A DNA stretch of 64,000 bases from Candidatus Hodarchaeota archaeon (GCA_048886685.1 JBHLKM010000002.1:103532-167531), one strand, 5' to 3'; shown: positions 10,955 through 21,514, counted from the stretch's first letter. Program-made: numbers and translations. Notes: generated by a model not told the origin, from the sequence alone.

Positions 10955-12304
10955 TTATGTTATATTGCGGAAATCAGTAATTGTTTTTTGGAGTTTTTCA
11001 AGCAAAATTTTTATTTCTGAATAACTTTCTTTGATTGGTTTTAATTCCACTTCTATTTCTTCAAACCTATCATCAATTTGTGTTTTAACTGGGGTTGTGA
11101 CTTTCTCTATATGTTCAGTTATGTCTTTTGTAATATTTTTTATATCCGCTTCCGTATCTGAAGCTAGGTTGTTTAAATCTGTAATCACAGTTGTCATTTG
11201 GGAGTTTGAATCTGAGGTTTTTTCCAAATTATTTGCCAAATTTTGGATTTTTTCCTCTAATGGGGAAATTACATTTTTAATTTGTTCAGCAATTTGGTTT
11301 TTTGCTTCTTTGATTGTTGCATTTAGAATTATTGAAATTTCATTTTTTAATTCCTTTTGACCCTCAACACGTCTATCAATATATTCAGTTACATTCTTCT
11401 TAAAAAGTCTTGAAATTTCTTCAAAAGTACTATTAAAAAATTTCTGTACATCTCTTAAACCATCCGAAACAGCATTTTTTAATTGGTTTAGGGATCTACT
11501 AATGTGTTCCATACCTTTTAGAGTTCCTTGAGACACTTCATTAACCCAATCATTAAATTGTGTTTCATAAGTCATTCCAATCGCTTCATTTAATTTAGTC
11601 AATCCATTGGTAAAACCAGATATTACCTTATCTACCTGTCCTGAATAATCTTTAATACTTTCTTCTATTAAATCGTCAGCTGAAAGAGGGATTTCTTGAA
11701 GTTCTCCTAAAGATTGTTCCTTTAATTCTTTGATTATAACTGGAGATAAACTTTGAGAGTCCTCTACAAATTTTTGTACCCATTTAAAGAAATTCAGGTT
11801 TGCAGGTATCTCAACTTCATAAGAGACTTCCAGGTAATCTTTTGATTTTTTATATTCTTTTAATGTATAAATTTTAAAGTCAAACTCTTTCTCTTTACCC
11901 ATGAGTGTGTGATCAAAGATAACTACAAAACAATAAGGATTTTTCTCCGTTTGGAAAAATTTATGATTTTGAATTGTAATATCAGTAAAATCAAGACCCC
12001 AGCCAGGTCGAGAAATATACCATCCTACTATCTTCATATCCTTTTCTTGGTATTCCTTATCTAATCTAACAAATAAATCAATATCTTCTTTATTAAAACC
12101 AGTTGATACATGAATTCCATGTTGAATGGGAATAATATTAATTAAATTGATCACCTTACTCGCTTCATCAATCTCACCAATACAAATGCCCATTACCTCA
12201 ACGCTTTCATCTAATGCCTCATTTCCAAATCTTAACACATGAGTTATCATTCTAATCAGTGCATCAGCTTTAATTTTGACTTCAAAATTATCTATCGATG
12301 GCAA
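10955..12304 (-). CDS. MPN domain protein with degenerate JAMM motif (MPN-) and long coiled coil
   Basis: EVMGICIG...IVGWYISRPGWGLDFTDIT lacks the HxH and Asp zinc ligands; heptad-rich C-terminus; TTG start 6 nt after the upstream stop. Confidence 0.85.
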   Translation of the reverse strand: MPSIDNFEVKIKADALIRMITHVLRFGNEALDESVEVMGICIGEIDEASKVINLINIIPIQHGIHVSTGFNKEDIDLFVRLDKEYQEKDMKIVGWYISRPGWGLDFTDITIQNHKFFQTEKNPYCFVVIFDHTLMGKEKEFDFKIYTLKEYKKSKDYLEVSYEVEIPANLNFFKWVQKFVEDSQSLSPVIIKELKEQSLGELQEIPLSADDLIEESIKDYSGQVDKVISGFTNGLTKLNEAIGMTYETQFNDWVNEVSQGTLKGMEHISRSLNQLKNAVSDGLRDVQKFFNSTFEEISRLFKKNVTEYIDRRVEGQKELKNEISIILNATIKEAKNQIAEQIKNVISPLEEKIQNLANNLEKTSDSNSQMTTVITDLNNLASDTEADIKNITKDITEHIEKVTTPVKTQIDDRFEEIEVELKPIKESYSEIKILLEKLQKTITDFRNIT

Positions 12305-12310
12305 TTTTCT

Positions 12311-13801
12311 CTACTCATCTCCCTTTTCTATTTTTTTAATTTTCTCTAGTAATCCTTGATTTTCAGCCCTGAGATCCTTTACAGTCTTTTGTAAATCCTT
12401 ATTTTCAGTTTGTAGAGTGTTTATTTTATTTTTGATTGGATTCTTAGAACTATCTAACAATATTATTGCTGCTTTTAAATCAGATAAATAATTTTTAGTT
12501 TCTTTATTTAGATTATTAAGATTACCCTTAATTCTACTTACTCTTTTATTAAATGATGTTAATAAATCCTCTTGTGCGGTATTTAAATCATTTTGGATTA
12601 AATTATCAACAGATTTATATGTTTCTATATAATCTTTTAAAGCATTGGTTCCTTTCTTTAGATTTTCAATATTATTTGAAAAATTTTTATTAAACTCTGT
12701 TAAAGTATTAGATGTTCTTGTATTTTCCTCCAAAAGCTGATTAAATTTTGCATCCTTAAAGGGGATATTAATTTGGTTTTTATAATCTTCTTTCGAATTG
12801 TTAACCAATTCTTTGATATTCTCCTTTTCATTATCTAATTCTTCAAGTTTATCATCAACATAGAAATCTATATCTCTTAAATCGTTCTGTAAATTATAAT
12901 TAAAAGATTGCTGCAAATTAATAATTTCTTTACTCAATTTATCTCTTATTTCTTTTAAATCATTCCTCATCCCTGAATTATTTTGGCGAATCTTGTTGAC
13001 TATATCTTGCCCCCAAGTATTAAGTAAAGAAGCCATTGGTCTAATGGTTAATTCTAGAAAATTATCCATCCCTTGTTTTAAAGTTGAAATTATTTCCTCA
13101 AAATTAAATTCAGGTAATTTCGATTCTATTTGTTCTTTTTCAGGAATAAAAACATCCTTAAATAAATCAATTGTTTCATTTAGTTCAAGAATTTGAGGGC
13201 TTCTTGTATGAACAGCATTTATTAATTCTATTATCTTTAAAAAAAAATCATAATTATCAGGTGGTTCGATAGTAGCTTTTACTTCATGGTAATCTGATTT
13301 TAAAGCTAATGAAGGATCATCTAATCTTGTTTCACTCAATCTAAATGCCCTAAATCCTAGATCGTTAGGCTTATCTAAGTAAGTATGGTCAAATACAAGT
13401 CCTACACCACTAGGATTTTTTTGCCAAAATATTTGATTATATTTGTCAGTCTCACTAAAGAAAATACCTAAACCTGGGTGAGAATGGTACCATCCCACTG
13501 AAAACCACCCTAGATCGCCATATTGCTCCCATATTTTTGTATCTAATTCCCCAAATGCCCCTAATTGATCCACTGAGAATTTTACTTCAATTGTACCTCC
13601 ATGAGAAACCGGTACTACATCTTCAACTATAACATTTTTAATTTCATCCTCTCCTTCAAGATGACCAATCAGAACCCCCATAACTTCTGATAATTTTAAA
13701 TGTTCTATATTTTTTGATCCAAAACGCAAAACATGTAGTAACATTTTATAATACGCAAGGGGTTTAATCGTTACTATACTTTGATCGCTGCTTTTCCCCA
13801 T
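12311..13801 (-). CDS. MPN+/JAMM metalloprotease (Rpn11/CSN5-like) with long coiled coil
   Basis: EVMGVLIG...GWYHSHPGLGIFFSETD is an intact E..HxHx7Sx2D motif. ATG 13801 (MGKSSDQ) with upstream GTGA is preferred over the track start at 13870. Confidence 0.9.
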   Translation of the reverse strand: MGKSSDQSIVTIKPLAYYKMLLHVLRFGSKNIEHLKLSEVMGVLIGHLEGEDEIKNVIVEDVVPVSHGGTIEVKFSVDQLGAFGELDTKIWEQYGDLGWFSVGWYHSHPGLGIFFSETDKYNQIFWQKNPSGVGLVFDHTYLDKPNDLGFRAFRLSETRLDDPSLALKSDYHEVKATIEPPDNYDFFLKIIELINAVHTRSPQILELNETIDLFKDVFIPEKEQIESKLPEFNFEEIISTLKQGMDNFLELTIRPMASLLNTWGQDIVNKIRQNNSGMRNDLKEIRDKLSKEIINLQQSFNYNLQNDLRDIDFYVDDKLEELDNEKENIKELVNNSKEDYKNQINIPFKDAKFNQLLEENTRTSNTLTEFNKNFSNNIENLKKGTNALKDYIETYKSVDNLIQNDLNTAQEDLLTSFNKRVSRIKGNLNNLNKETKNYLSDLKAAIILLDSSKNPIKNKINTLQTENKDLQKTVKDLRAENQGLLEKIKKIEKGDE

Positions 13802-13942
13802 TTTTAATTCACTTGTTTTTTCAAATTTATGATATATATATAGTTTGTATGGTTTTAAATATTTGAACAAATAGTATTTAATTTAAAAAGGTCGATATTT
13901 ATAAATTACAATTATAATCTAATTTGATAAATAAGCTAGGAT

Positions 13943-14602
13943 TTAGTCATGGGGTAATGGTTTACCGCAATAAGGACAAAATTTCCAATCTAAATCCTTG
14001 CCACAGTGTGGGCAAAAACTCGAAGATGTTGAACTTGTTGGCGTTATTTCTGCAGCTCCTTCTTTTGGTATGGATGGTAATTGTCTTGTTGTCTTCAAGG
14101 TTGTAGTTGTTGAAGCTGTAGGTTGTTCTTCAGCCTTTCTAGCCGCTACTTTTTCTCTAAAAGCTTGTCTTCTCTCTTCATCGAGTTCTTGTTGGCTTTT
14201 TGTAGTTTCTGTTTTAACCCATCCTTGACTTTGTGTTCTTTTTAATTCACTTGCAGGTACTTTTTCTAACTCAACTCCCTTAGTTTCCGATATAGGGGCT
14301 ACAACTTTCCTTTCCTCTTTCTTTTGAATTGCTTGTTTAACCAAAGCCTGCGTAGTTTTCATCACCTGATGAGGGTTAATATTAGGAATTGCCACTGTAC
14401 GTAAAACCCACCCAACGATCAAATTTTGGTTTGGAAACCCTCCTTCGGTGTCCTCATCTTTATAGACATATGACTCAATTATATCCCTTCCTTTTAATAA
14501 TCGTGAAGCCCATTTGCCATTAATTAATCCTAACTGTATTCTATAGCTGGTTCCTGGTATACCTAATTGACTTGATAGTGGTTCAAATCCTCTTTCTGTC
14601 AA
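13943..14602 (-). CDS. Hypothetical protein with C-terminal double zinc ribbon
   Basis: Globular N-terminus, low-complexity linker, CPHCG...CPYCG. Confidence 0.8.
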   Translation of the reverse strand: MTERGFEPLSSQLGIPGTSYRIQLGLINGKWASRLLKGRDIIESYVYKDEDTEGGFPNQNLIVGWVLRTVAIPNINPHQVMKTTQALVKQAIQKKEERKVVAPISETKGVELEKVPASELKRTQSQGWVKTETTKSQQELDEERRQAFREKVAARKAEEQPTASTTTTLKTTRQLPSIPKEGAAEITPTSSTSSSFCPHCGKDLDWKFCPYCGKPLPHD

Positions 14603-14865
14603 TTTTAATCACTTTTTAATTTTTTAAATAATAATTTTTTGAATCAAGTAACATTATAATGGTAAATTTTGAATTTAAATTATTATTTATTTCATTGTAA
14701 AATTTATTATTATTATTAAAAATTTTATGGAATAGGCTAATATATAGGACATTAAATCTCTCATTTATCTTTATGCGATGAAAAAGACATAAATACAAAA
14801 AGTTGTATTAATTTGTAAAAAGCTATTTTAAATTTAATTTTAAAAAAAAGAATTGTGGTCAAAAA

Positions 14866-15822
14866 ATGACTGTAATAATACCCAAAAAAGTCTATCTAAC
14901 TATCGTAGCCGCGGCTGTAAGATTTGCAAATGCACGAATACCAAAAGATGAATGGCTTGAAGTTAGTGGTATTTTCACTGGTAGAAATGAAGGGAATAAT
15001 GTTATTATATCTGCCGCTTATCCTATCATGCATCAAAAACTAGATAAAGATGCTGTGATTGATCAGTACAAATGGTCTGATGAAGATTATGAATCCCTTT
15101 ATATTATTGATGATGAAGCCTTTTCAAGAGATCCTCCGGAATTTGTGGTTGGCTGGTGGCACTCGCATCCTGGATTTAAGGTTATGATGTCCCATATCGA
15201 TATTCGTACGACACTATCTTATCAACAAAATAACCCTTTAGCGATTTCTCTTGTATTCAACCCTCAACGGTTAATACGTCAAATCGAAGTTGCTGATAAA
15301 AAGGGAGATCCAGATATACAATTAAAAAATGATCCTGGTTTTAAAATCTTCAGATTAGATGATGTAAATAGTGGAATCGAAGCATCTTACCATTCTGCCG
15401 ATTATAAAATTGAAGGGTATGAAAGTATGGAACAATTAATAAATTTGACGCAAAAATTTATTGTAGACGTAACTAATTTATTCCCAAAAGAGAAAGTACC
15501 ACAGACTTATGATAAAGTAATTGATGAGAGAATAGAACAGTTAAATTCCTTGCTACTCGGTACTGAAGAATATCTAACAACTTTAACTCGGCACGGGGAA
15601 ACTCAGCGTATCCCTGAAGTCTTAGAAAATCAGAATGAAGAGATCAATAGATTTGTGGAAGAAACGAATAAAAGAATAGACTTTATTAAACAATTCAAGG
15701 AATACTTAGAATTCAAGGAAAGAGAAACTATAATACCTCAAATAGAAAAGTCAGTATCTAAATGGGATGGAGCTGTGGCTGGTTTGAGTAAAAAATTGAA
15801 AGAAATCTCCAAAAAGTTTTAG
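14866..15822 (+). CDS. MPN+/JAMM metalloprotease with helical C-terminus
   Basis: LEVSGIFTG...GWWHSHPGFKVMMSHID intact JAMM motif. Confidence 0.9.
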   Translation: MTVIIPKKVYLTIVAAAVRFANARIPKDEWLEVSGIFTGRNEGNNVIISAAYPIMHQKLDKDAVIDQYKWSDEDYESLYIIDDEAFSRDPPEFVVGWWHSHPGFKVMMSHIDIRTTLSYQQNNPLAISLVFNPQRLIRQIEVADKKGDPDIQLKNDPGFKIFRLDDVNSGIEASYHSADYKIEGYESMEQLINLTQKFIVDVTNLFPKEKVPQTYDKVIDERIEQLNSLLLGTEEYLTTLTRHGETQRIPEVLENQNEEINRFVEETNKRIDFIKQFKEYLEFKERETIIPQIEKSVSKWDGAVAGLSKKLKEISKKF

Positions 15823-15959
15823 TATTTTAACGCTAAAAAAATATTTTTCATCTTATTTTTAATTTTGATATATTTTTATGTGATTAAGCGTTATTTTGAT
15901 TAAGAAAACTACAAGTTAAAATAGTTAAATCTTAGGAATTAAAGGTAAAGTACTCAATT

Positions 15960-18164
15960 ATGAAAAAAATTAATTTTCCGTTTACAGCAATACTTGGGCA
16001 AGATAAAATGAAGATGGGTTTGATACTTAATTTAATTGACCCACTAATCGGAGGGATCTTAATGACAGGTCATCAAGGTACAGGAAAAAGCACTGCTGTA
16101 CGAAGTCTCGTGGAATTAATGCCTCAAATCGAAGTTATAAAAGGTTGCGAATTTTCATGTGTCCCTTATTCAGATATTGATGATTTATGTGAAAGATGTA
16201 AAGAAAAAAAAGAGAATAAAAAAGTTGACACAGAATTTAGGGACATGTGGCTAGTAAATCTACCCTTGGGAGTTACAGAAGATATGGTTTGTGGCTCTTT
16301 ATCCATTGATAAAGTCCTTACAGAAGGAATAAGAGCCTTACACCCAGGATTATTAGCTAAAGCAAATAGAGGTATTTTATATGTAGATGAAATTAATCTA
16401 CTACAGGATCACATTGTAGATGTTCTTTTAGATTCTGCTGCTTCTGGTGTTAATATAATAGAAAGAGAGGGTATTTCTGTATCTCATCCCTCTAGATTCG
16501 TTCTCGTAGGAAGTATGAATCCTGAAGAAGGTGATTTGAGACCGCAAATTGCTGACAGACTTGGTTTAGAAGTTAGGATCAGAGCTCCTAGAGATAATGA
16601 ATTAAGAGCTGAAATCACAAGAAGAGTTATTGATTTTGATGATAATCCTAAGGAGTTCATTAAAAAATATGAAGATCAACAAGACAAATTAAGGCAAAAA
16701 ATCCTTAATGCTCGTAATATATTAAAAGAAGTTCAAATCCCTAATTCTGTTTATGAATTTGTATCTAAAATTGTTAGTGAATTAGAAATCTTCTCTCAAA
16801 GAGCTGATATTACCTTCATTAGATGTGCCAGAGCTCATGCTGCATTAAATGCAAGGAAAATTATAGTGGAAGAAGATCTAAATGTGGCAATGGATTTAGT
16901 ATTTGAACACAGAATTCAATCACTTCATTATGAAATGACACCCGAAGAGATAAAATCTAAGATTGCTGAAGTTTACGGGAAAATTAAAGAAGCTTATGAA
17001 GATACTAATGTACTTCAACCTAATAGAGAAACAGAAGGACCTTTAAAACATGATGATACTTCTCAAAAGGAGTTCAAACGTCAATCAGTCGATCCAGATA
17101 AAGTAGATATACCCGAGTCGAGAGAACAGAAACTTCCCCCTCCAAAATATCCTGATAATAAGAAGAGAAGCCCTAAACCTGCTGGAGGTTGGAAAGTTAA
17201 AAATATACCTTTTGATGAGGATTTCAGATTTTTTGAGGCTAAAAGTACATCCCTACCATTCATTTACCAAATGGAAAAAAAGATGACCTCAATACTTGAC
17301 AATATTAGAAAAGATCGGAAGATTTCAGATTATGGGGGCAGAGGAATAGGAAGGAGAATTAAAATATCTTCCTCTCAAAAGGGTAGATATGTATCATACA
17401 GAACACCAATAAGCGAAAGCCCAAAAAGTATTGCTTTAGATGCCACAATTAGAAATTACCTTAAAAATATAGTATATAATGAAACTGATATAGAATTTCC
17501 AATACATTTTAATAAATATGATTTAATGGATAAAATCTATGAATATCGTGCTCCTTTAGCTCTCTTTTTTGTACTTGATAGTTCAGCATCAATGTATTAT
17601 GTTATTAAACAGATGACAGATGTAATATTATCTTTACATCGAGAAGGCTTTAGAAAAAGAGATAAAATAGCTTTGTTAGTGTTTCGTGGAAAACAAGCAG
17701 TAGTCCTTCAGAAACCGACAGTAAATTTTAAAATGGCAGTAAATAAATTGAAAAAAATCGAGGGAAAATCCTATACTCCAATGGCAGCAGCACTTAAAAA
17801 AGTATCAGAACTAATAAAAGTTGAGAAATTGAAGGATAGAAATATAATCCCGATTGTTTTTATTTGTAGTGATTGTGGTGCGAATATCTCTGTTAAATAT
17901 CCTGATATGATTGCTCAAGTTGAGACTGATTATGTATTAATCACTCAGGAATTAAAAGAATTAACCAAGAAACTATCGAAACAGAAGATTCATATGGTAG
18001 TTCTAGAGCCAAAGAAATCTTATGCTACTCAAGCACTTGGAGTTCACACATATTCCGCCGAAAAAATAAAAAAGAACTTCAAAAAGTATGCCAGTGCCCA
18101 AATATACAAGTTCAATAAATATAATCCCAATTCTCTGATACTAGAATTGAAAAAAATTTTGTAG
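15960..18164 (+). CDS. ChlI/ChlD-like (Mg/Co chelatase family) AAA+ ATPase fused to a vWA domain
   Basis: FPFTAILGQ, GHQGTGKST, PGLLAKANRGILYVDEINLL, MNPEEG; Pro-rich linker; vWA DSSASM...YTPMAAAL. Confidence 0.9.
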   Translation: MKKINFPFTAILGQDKMKMGLILNLIDPLIGGILMTGHQGTGKSTAVRSLVELMPQIEVIKGCEFSCVPYSDIDDLCERCKEKKENKKVDTEFRDMWLVNLPLGVTEDMVCGSLSIDKVLTEGIRALHPGLLAKANRGILYVDEINLLQDHIVDVLLDSAASGVNIIEREGISVSHPSRFVLVGSMNPEEGDLRPQIADRLGLEVRIRAPRDNELRAEITRRVIDFDDNPKEFIKKYEDQQDKLRQKILNARNILKEVQIPNSVYEFVSKIVSELEIFSQRADITFIRCARAHAALNARKIIVEEDLNVAMDLVFEHRIQSLHYEMTPEEIKSKIAEVYGKIKEAYEDTNVLQPNRETEGPLKHDDTSQKEFKRQSVDPDKVDIPESREQKLPPPKYPDNKKRSPKPAGGWKVKNIPFDEDFRFFEAKSTSLPFIYQMEKKMTSILDNIRKDRKISDYGGRGIGRRIKISSSQKGRYVSYRTPISESPKSIALDATIRNYLKNIVYNETDIEFPIHFNKYDLMDKIYEYRAPLALFFVLDSSASMYYVIKQMTDVILSLHREGFRKRDKIALLVFRGKQAVVLQKPTVNFKMAVNKLKKIEGKSYTPMAAALKKVSELIKVEKLKDRNIIPIVFICSDCGANISVKYPDMIAQVETDYVLITQELKELTKKLSKQKIHMVVLEPKKSYATQALGVHTYSAEKIKKNFKKYASAQIYKFNKYNPNSLILELKKIL

Positions 18165-18273
18165 ATAATGGTTTTAAAAATACAAAAAAAATATTAGTTA
18201 GAATTGTAATAATCAATTGAACTTTTAACTAGATCTTCTATAAAGTTCTTAAGTTTATAATTCTAATTGATAT

Positions 18274-19524
18274 ATGATGGATTTAAGTACCAAATCTGTT
18301 TTAGTTGTAGGATTTAATACACGTCCTTTAGCTTACTCTTTAAAGAATGCTAATTATGATGTATATGCAGTAGATTTTTTTGGAGACATTGACCTTTATC
18401 CAAACATTAAAGATAGTTTGGTTCTAACAAAAGAGTTAGAGACAGATTATGAATCAATTAGGGATAATTATAGCAAGTTACTCTCTAATTTTACGATAAA
18501 AATGTTGAAAAAATATCCCGAAATAGATTATTTAATCATAGGGAGTGGAATAGACGATGCCTATGAAGAAAGAGAAGCGATTTTTAATGAAATAAAAAAC
18601 AAAGATTACAAAATAAAGAATTTAAATAACGATGTTAAAACTCTAAAAAAGGCACGAGACATCATTTTTATTTATAATCTCTTAAAATCAAACCAATTTA
18701 ATGTTCCTTTTACCATTAATTACGATAATCTAAGATCATATAAGAGAAAACTTCAATTTCCAATCATATTTAAGAAATATAAAAGTGCTGGTGGCATAAA
18801 CGTTTTCAAAATCGAAAATTTTGAAGAACTCACCACATTAATTAAATATTTAGAAGTAAAGAAGTTCAATTCATCTGAATGGTTAATCCAAGAATACGTA
18901 GATGGAATGCCTATCAGTTGTACAACTATTTCGAATGGTAATGAATGTGAAATTATTTCAATTAATCGCCAAATTATAGGAGAACAATTTCTAAACTCCC
19001 CCAAAGAATTCATGTATTGCGGTAATATCGTGCCTGCTGATTTAAGTAAGGAAGAGGATGAACTAATTACAAAGATATCTAAAACTTTAGCTAATGAATT
19101 AGGTTTAAAGGGTATTAATGGTTTTGATTTTGTGTTAAAAGAACATTATCCATATTTAATGGAGATTAATCCGAGAATACCTGGTTCTATAAGAGCATCT
19201 GAAATGAGTTATGATATAAATCTCATGGATTTACATATAAAGAGTTTTGATTTGGATAAATGGGATCTCATTCAACAATTAATACGTTCTAAAAAATTAA
19301 GTGGATTTTCAACTAAATTAATTATATTTGCTCCAAAAGAAATAAAGAAAAGCCATATCTCTAAAATAAACAATCTTGAATACGTTCATGATAAAAGTAC
19401 ACCAAATAAGAATACCCTGAAAGGTGAACCTCTATGCACCATTTTATATAAAGGAGGAGATTTATCAGAGTCTTATAAAGGAGCGATAGATATTGTGAAT
19501 AAAATTAATAATATTATTAATTAA
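18274..19524 (+). CDS. ATP-grasp protein of the archaeal C1-cofactor-biosynthesis-associated type
   Basis: AVDFFGDID, K..SAGG, QEYVDG, YCGN, GINGFDF, EINPR. Confidence 0.85.
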   Translation: MMDLSTKSVLVVGFNTRPLAYSLKNANYDVYAVDFFGDIDLYPNIKDSLVLTKELETDYESIRDNYSKLLSNFTIKMLKKYPEIDYLIIGSGIDDAYEEREAIFNEIKNKDYKIKNLNNDVKTLKKARDIIFIYNLLKSNQFNVPFTINYDNLRSYKRKLQFPIIFKKYKSAGGINVFKIENFEELTTLIKYLEVKKFNSSEWLIQEYVDGMPISCTTISNGNECEIISINRQIIGEQFLNSPKEFMYCGNIVPADLSKEEDELITKISKTLANELGLKGINGFDFVLKEHYPYLMEINPRIPGSIRASEMSYDINLMDLHIKSFDLDKWDLIQQLIRSKKLSGFSTKLIIFAPKEIKKSHISKINNLEYVHDKSTPNKNTLKGEPLCTILYKGGDLSESYKGAIDIVNKINNIIN

Positions 19525-19539
19525 TGGCTTTTATTTTTT

Positions 19540-20277
19540 CTACTGAATTATCGCTTTAATTTTGGCAATATAGGAACCTATTTTCCTTCCATCTGCCTCA
19601 GGAACTGCAAGTGCTAGAATTCGATTCTCGTCTAAATCATGAATAATAACAGATCCATTTTCTCCCCCAATAATAGAATATTCCATACTACTTTCTAATA
19701 AAACACCAGATAAATTATACAGAGCTGCTACCATTGCCGAAAGAATTGGTTCAGGCATAGTTGATTGTATTTTTATAGGTAGCCCATCTTTAGTAATAAT
19801 CGCTAGTACCAGTGTATTGGGAATTGCTCTTTTCAATCCCTTGAATATTTCTTCCTTTAAGATATCAGAAGTTTCTATTATTGCTGAAATTTGTAATGCT
19901 AATTTTTGTAATTTACTAATGTGTGAATCCAATCCTTCTAGTTCTGCAATTTCTCGATTTAAATAAGCTATCATAGTTATATTGTCAGTCAAGATAGAGA
20001 GCACTATTCGGTCCTTTCCTGTAATTAAATTATATGCGACTTCTTGATTTAAAGAGTCTTTCAACATCTTAGATGATAGGAATACGAGGCTACTATTGGC
20101 AGCTGTAATCTCACCCATAGTCATTTCAATCGATTTCTTAAACCTATTGGCAATCTTCGTACCTTCTGGTGTCCCTACATTAATTCCTAATATAGCAGAA
20201 GTAGATTCAAGCTCCTTCTCTATTAGTGTGGAAACATCAGATTCTACTTCCTCAATAATTTTATCTTGGTCTTCCAT
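19540..20277 (-). CDS. Tandem roadblock/LC7 (MglB-like) domain protein
   Basis: Two roadblock patterns: ILGINVGTPEGTKIA...ITAANSSL and VLAIITKDGLPI...LSAMVAAL...IGGENGSVII. Confidence 0.8.
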   Translation of the reverse strand: MEDQDKIIEEVESDVSTLIEKELESTSAILGINVGTPEGTKIANRFKKSIEMTMGEITAANSSLVFLSSKMLKDSLNQEVAYNLITGKDRIVLSILTDNITMIAYLNREIAELEGLDSHISKLQKLALQISAIIETSDILKEEIFKGLKRAIPNTLVLAIITKDGLPIKIQSTMPEPILSAMVAALYNLSGVLLESSMEYSIIGGENGSVIIHDLDENRILALAVPEADGRKIGSYIAKIKAIIQ

Positions 20278-20345
20278 GAATGAATATTGTACAACTGTAA
20301 ATAAAAAGATAGTCTAATAATTAAGTAATAATATCTAGAATCTAT

Positions 20346-21461
20346 ATGAAACAAAAATCAAATTTCTACATTATTATATTAGCTGCTGGGTATGCAACAA
20401 GATTAAGACCCCTCTCCACCAAAATCCCAAAACCATTAATAGATATTAACGGTAAAACCCTCATTTCTAGAATTATAGATAATTTTAAAGAGGCTGGATT
20501 TAATAAATTTTGTGTTATTGTTGGGTACAAAAAAGAACTTGTTAAGGAGGAAATTTTAAAAAATAAAGATTTGGAAATTATTATTCTAGAGCAAGAAGAA
20601 CCTAAAGGAATGGCTGATGCCATAGCTTTCGCTATTAATTTTTTATCTCAAAATAAGGAAGGAATCAGAAGTTTTTTCATATCTGCTGCTGATATCATAT
20701 TCCCAAAGGAAGAAATATTGAAAATGTATAACCTATATAGCTACACAGACATAGTTTTAAGCTTAATGAAATCAAATGACAGAGAGATAGCAAAGGTACA
20801 CGGAAACGTAAAATTATCAGATGTTTCAGGTTTAAATAAAGATTTAGACCAAAATATTGGGGTAGAGATAATTGATATTATTGAGAAACCAAAACCATAC
20901 CAAATTTTAAGTGAATTTTATTCATTACCATTATATCTTGTAAGTCAAAAAATCAGAAATGTTATTGATTACTTGAAAGTCTCAGAACGCGGCGAGAAGG
21001 AATTTCAAGATGTTTTAAAAAATGCAATACACCGAGGGATGAGTATTAAAGGTATACGAATAATTGACCAAATTATTACTTCTAAGAATATAGGAAAATT
21101 TCATTTAACAACTTTAAAAGACATTATTATAATGAATAAAAAATTCTTATCTGGATTAACCTTAGAAGAATTTAAAGGCAATTTTCCCAAGTTCTTGGAG
21201 CCAGTGAAGATAAAATCGGACATAAGATTTGGAGATAATGTAATTTTGGGTCCTTATACAATAATTGGGAGGTCATGTGAAATTGGGGGTGATTGTACAT
21301 TATCTAATGTTATTGTATACGATAAAGTTAAAATAGGGAAATTTTGTAAATTAGATTGGTGTATTATTGATGAGGGAGTAACTTTATCTGATAATTTTCA
21401 AGCAAAAGAATGTTTTATAACATGCAGTAATGAAAAAGATATAGAAATTATAAATTTTTAA
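20346..21461 (+). CDS. Sugar-phosphate nucleotidyltransferase with C-terminal hexapeptide repeats
   Basis: ILAAGYATRLRPLS..PKPL, QEEPKGMADA, IEKP, SERGEKE; left-handed beta-helix tail. Confidence 0.9.
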   Translation: MKQKSNFYIIILAAGYATRLRPLSTKIPKPLIDINGKTLISRIIDNFKEAGFNKFCVIVGYKKELVKEEILKNKDLEIIILEQEEPKGMADAIAFAINFLSQNKEGIRSFFISAADIIFPKEEILKMYNLYSYTDIVLSLMKSNDREIAKVHGNVKLSDVSGLNKDLDQNIGVEIIDIIEKPKPYQILSEFYSLPLYLVSQKIRNVIDYLKVSERGEKEFQDVLKNAIHRGMSIKGIRIIDQIITSKNIGKFHLTTLKDIIIMNKKFLSGLTLEEFKGNFPKFLEPVKIKSDIRFGDNVILGPYTIIGRSCEIGGDCTLSNVIVYDKVKIGKFCKLDWCIIDEGVTLSDNFQAKECFITCSNEKDIEIINF

Positions 21462-21514
21462 ACATTACTTATTATACTAAATATTATAAATAAGAATTAT
21501 TGTGATTTTCGTAT

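Noticed and set aside
13322-13343. Short apparent in-frame insertion (RL-SET-RL) in the MPN+ gene
   Set aside because: No stop codon and no BHB fold seen; likely a local micro-duplication.
14530-14602. tRNA-like T-arm (GGTTCAAATCC), with the ORF start 'ERGFEP' typical of antisense tRNA
   Set aside because: No matching acceptor stem, D-arm or anticodon arm upstream; the minus-strand ORF is a credible protein.
14616-14798. 60-aa minus-strand ORF between the zinc-ribbon and MPN genes
   Set aside because: Low-complexity AT-rich divergent promoter region with no coding signal.
15960-18164. Chelatase-like gene as evidence for chlorophyll synthesis
   Set aside because: ChlI/D-like AAA-vWA proteins are common in non-phototrophic archaea, and no chlH/cobN or pigment genes are in the window.
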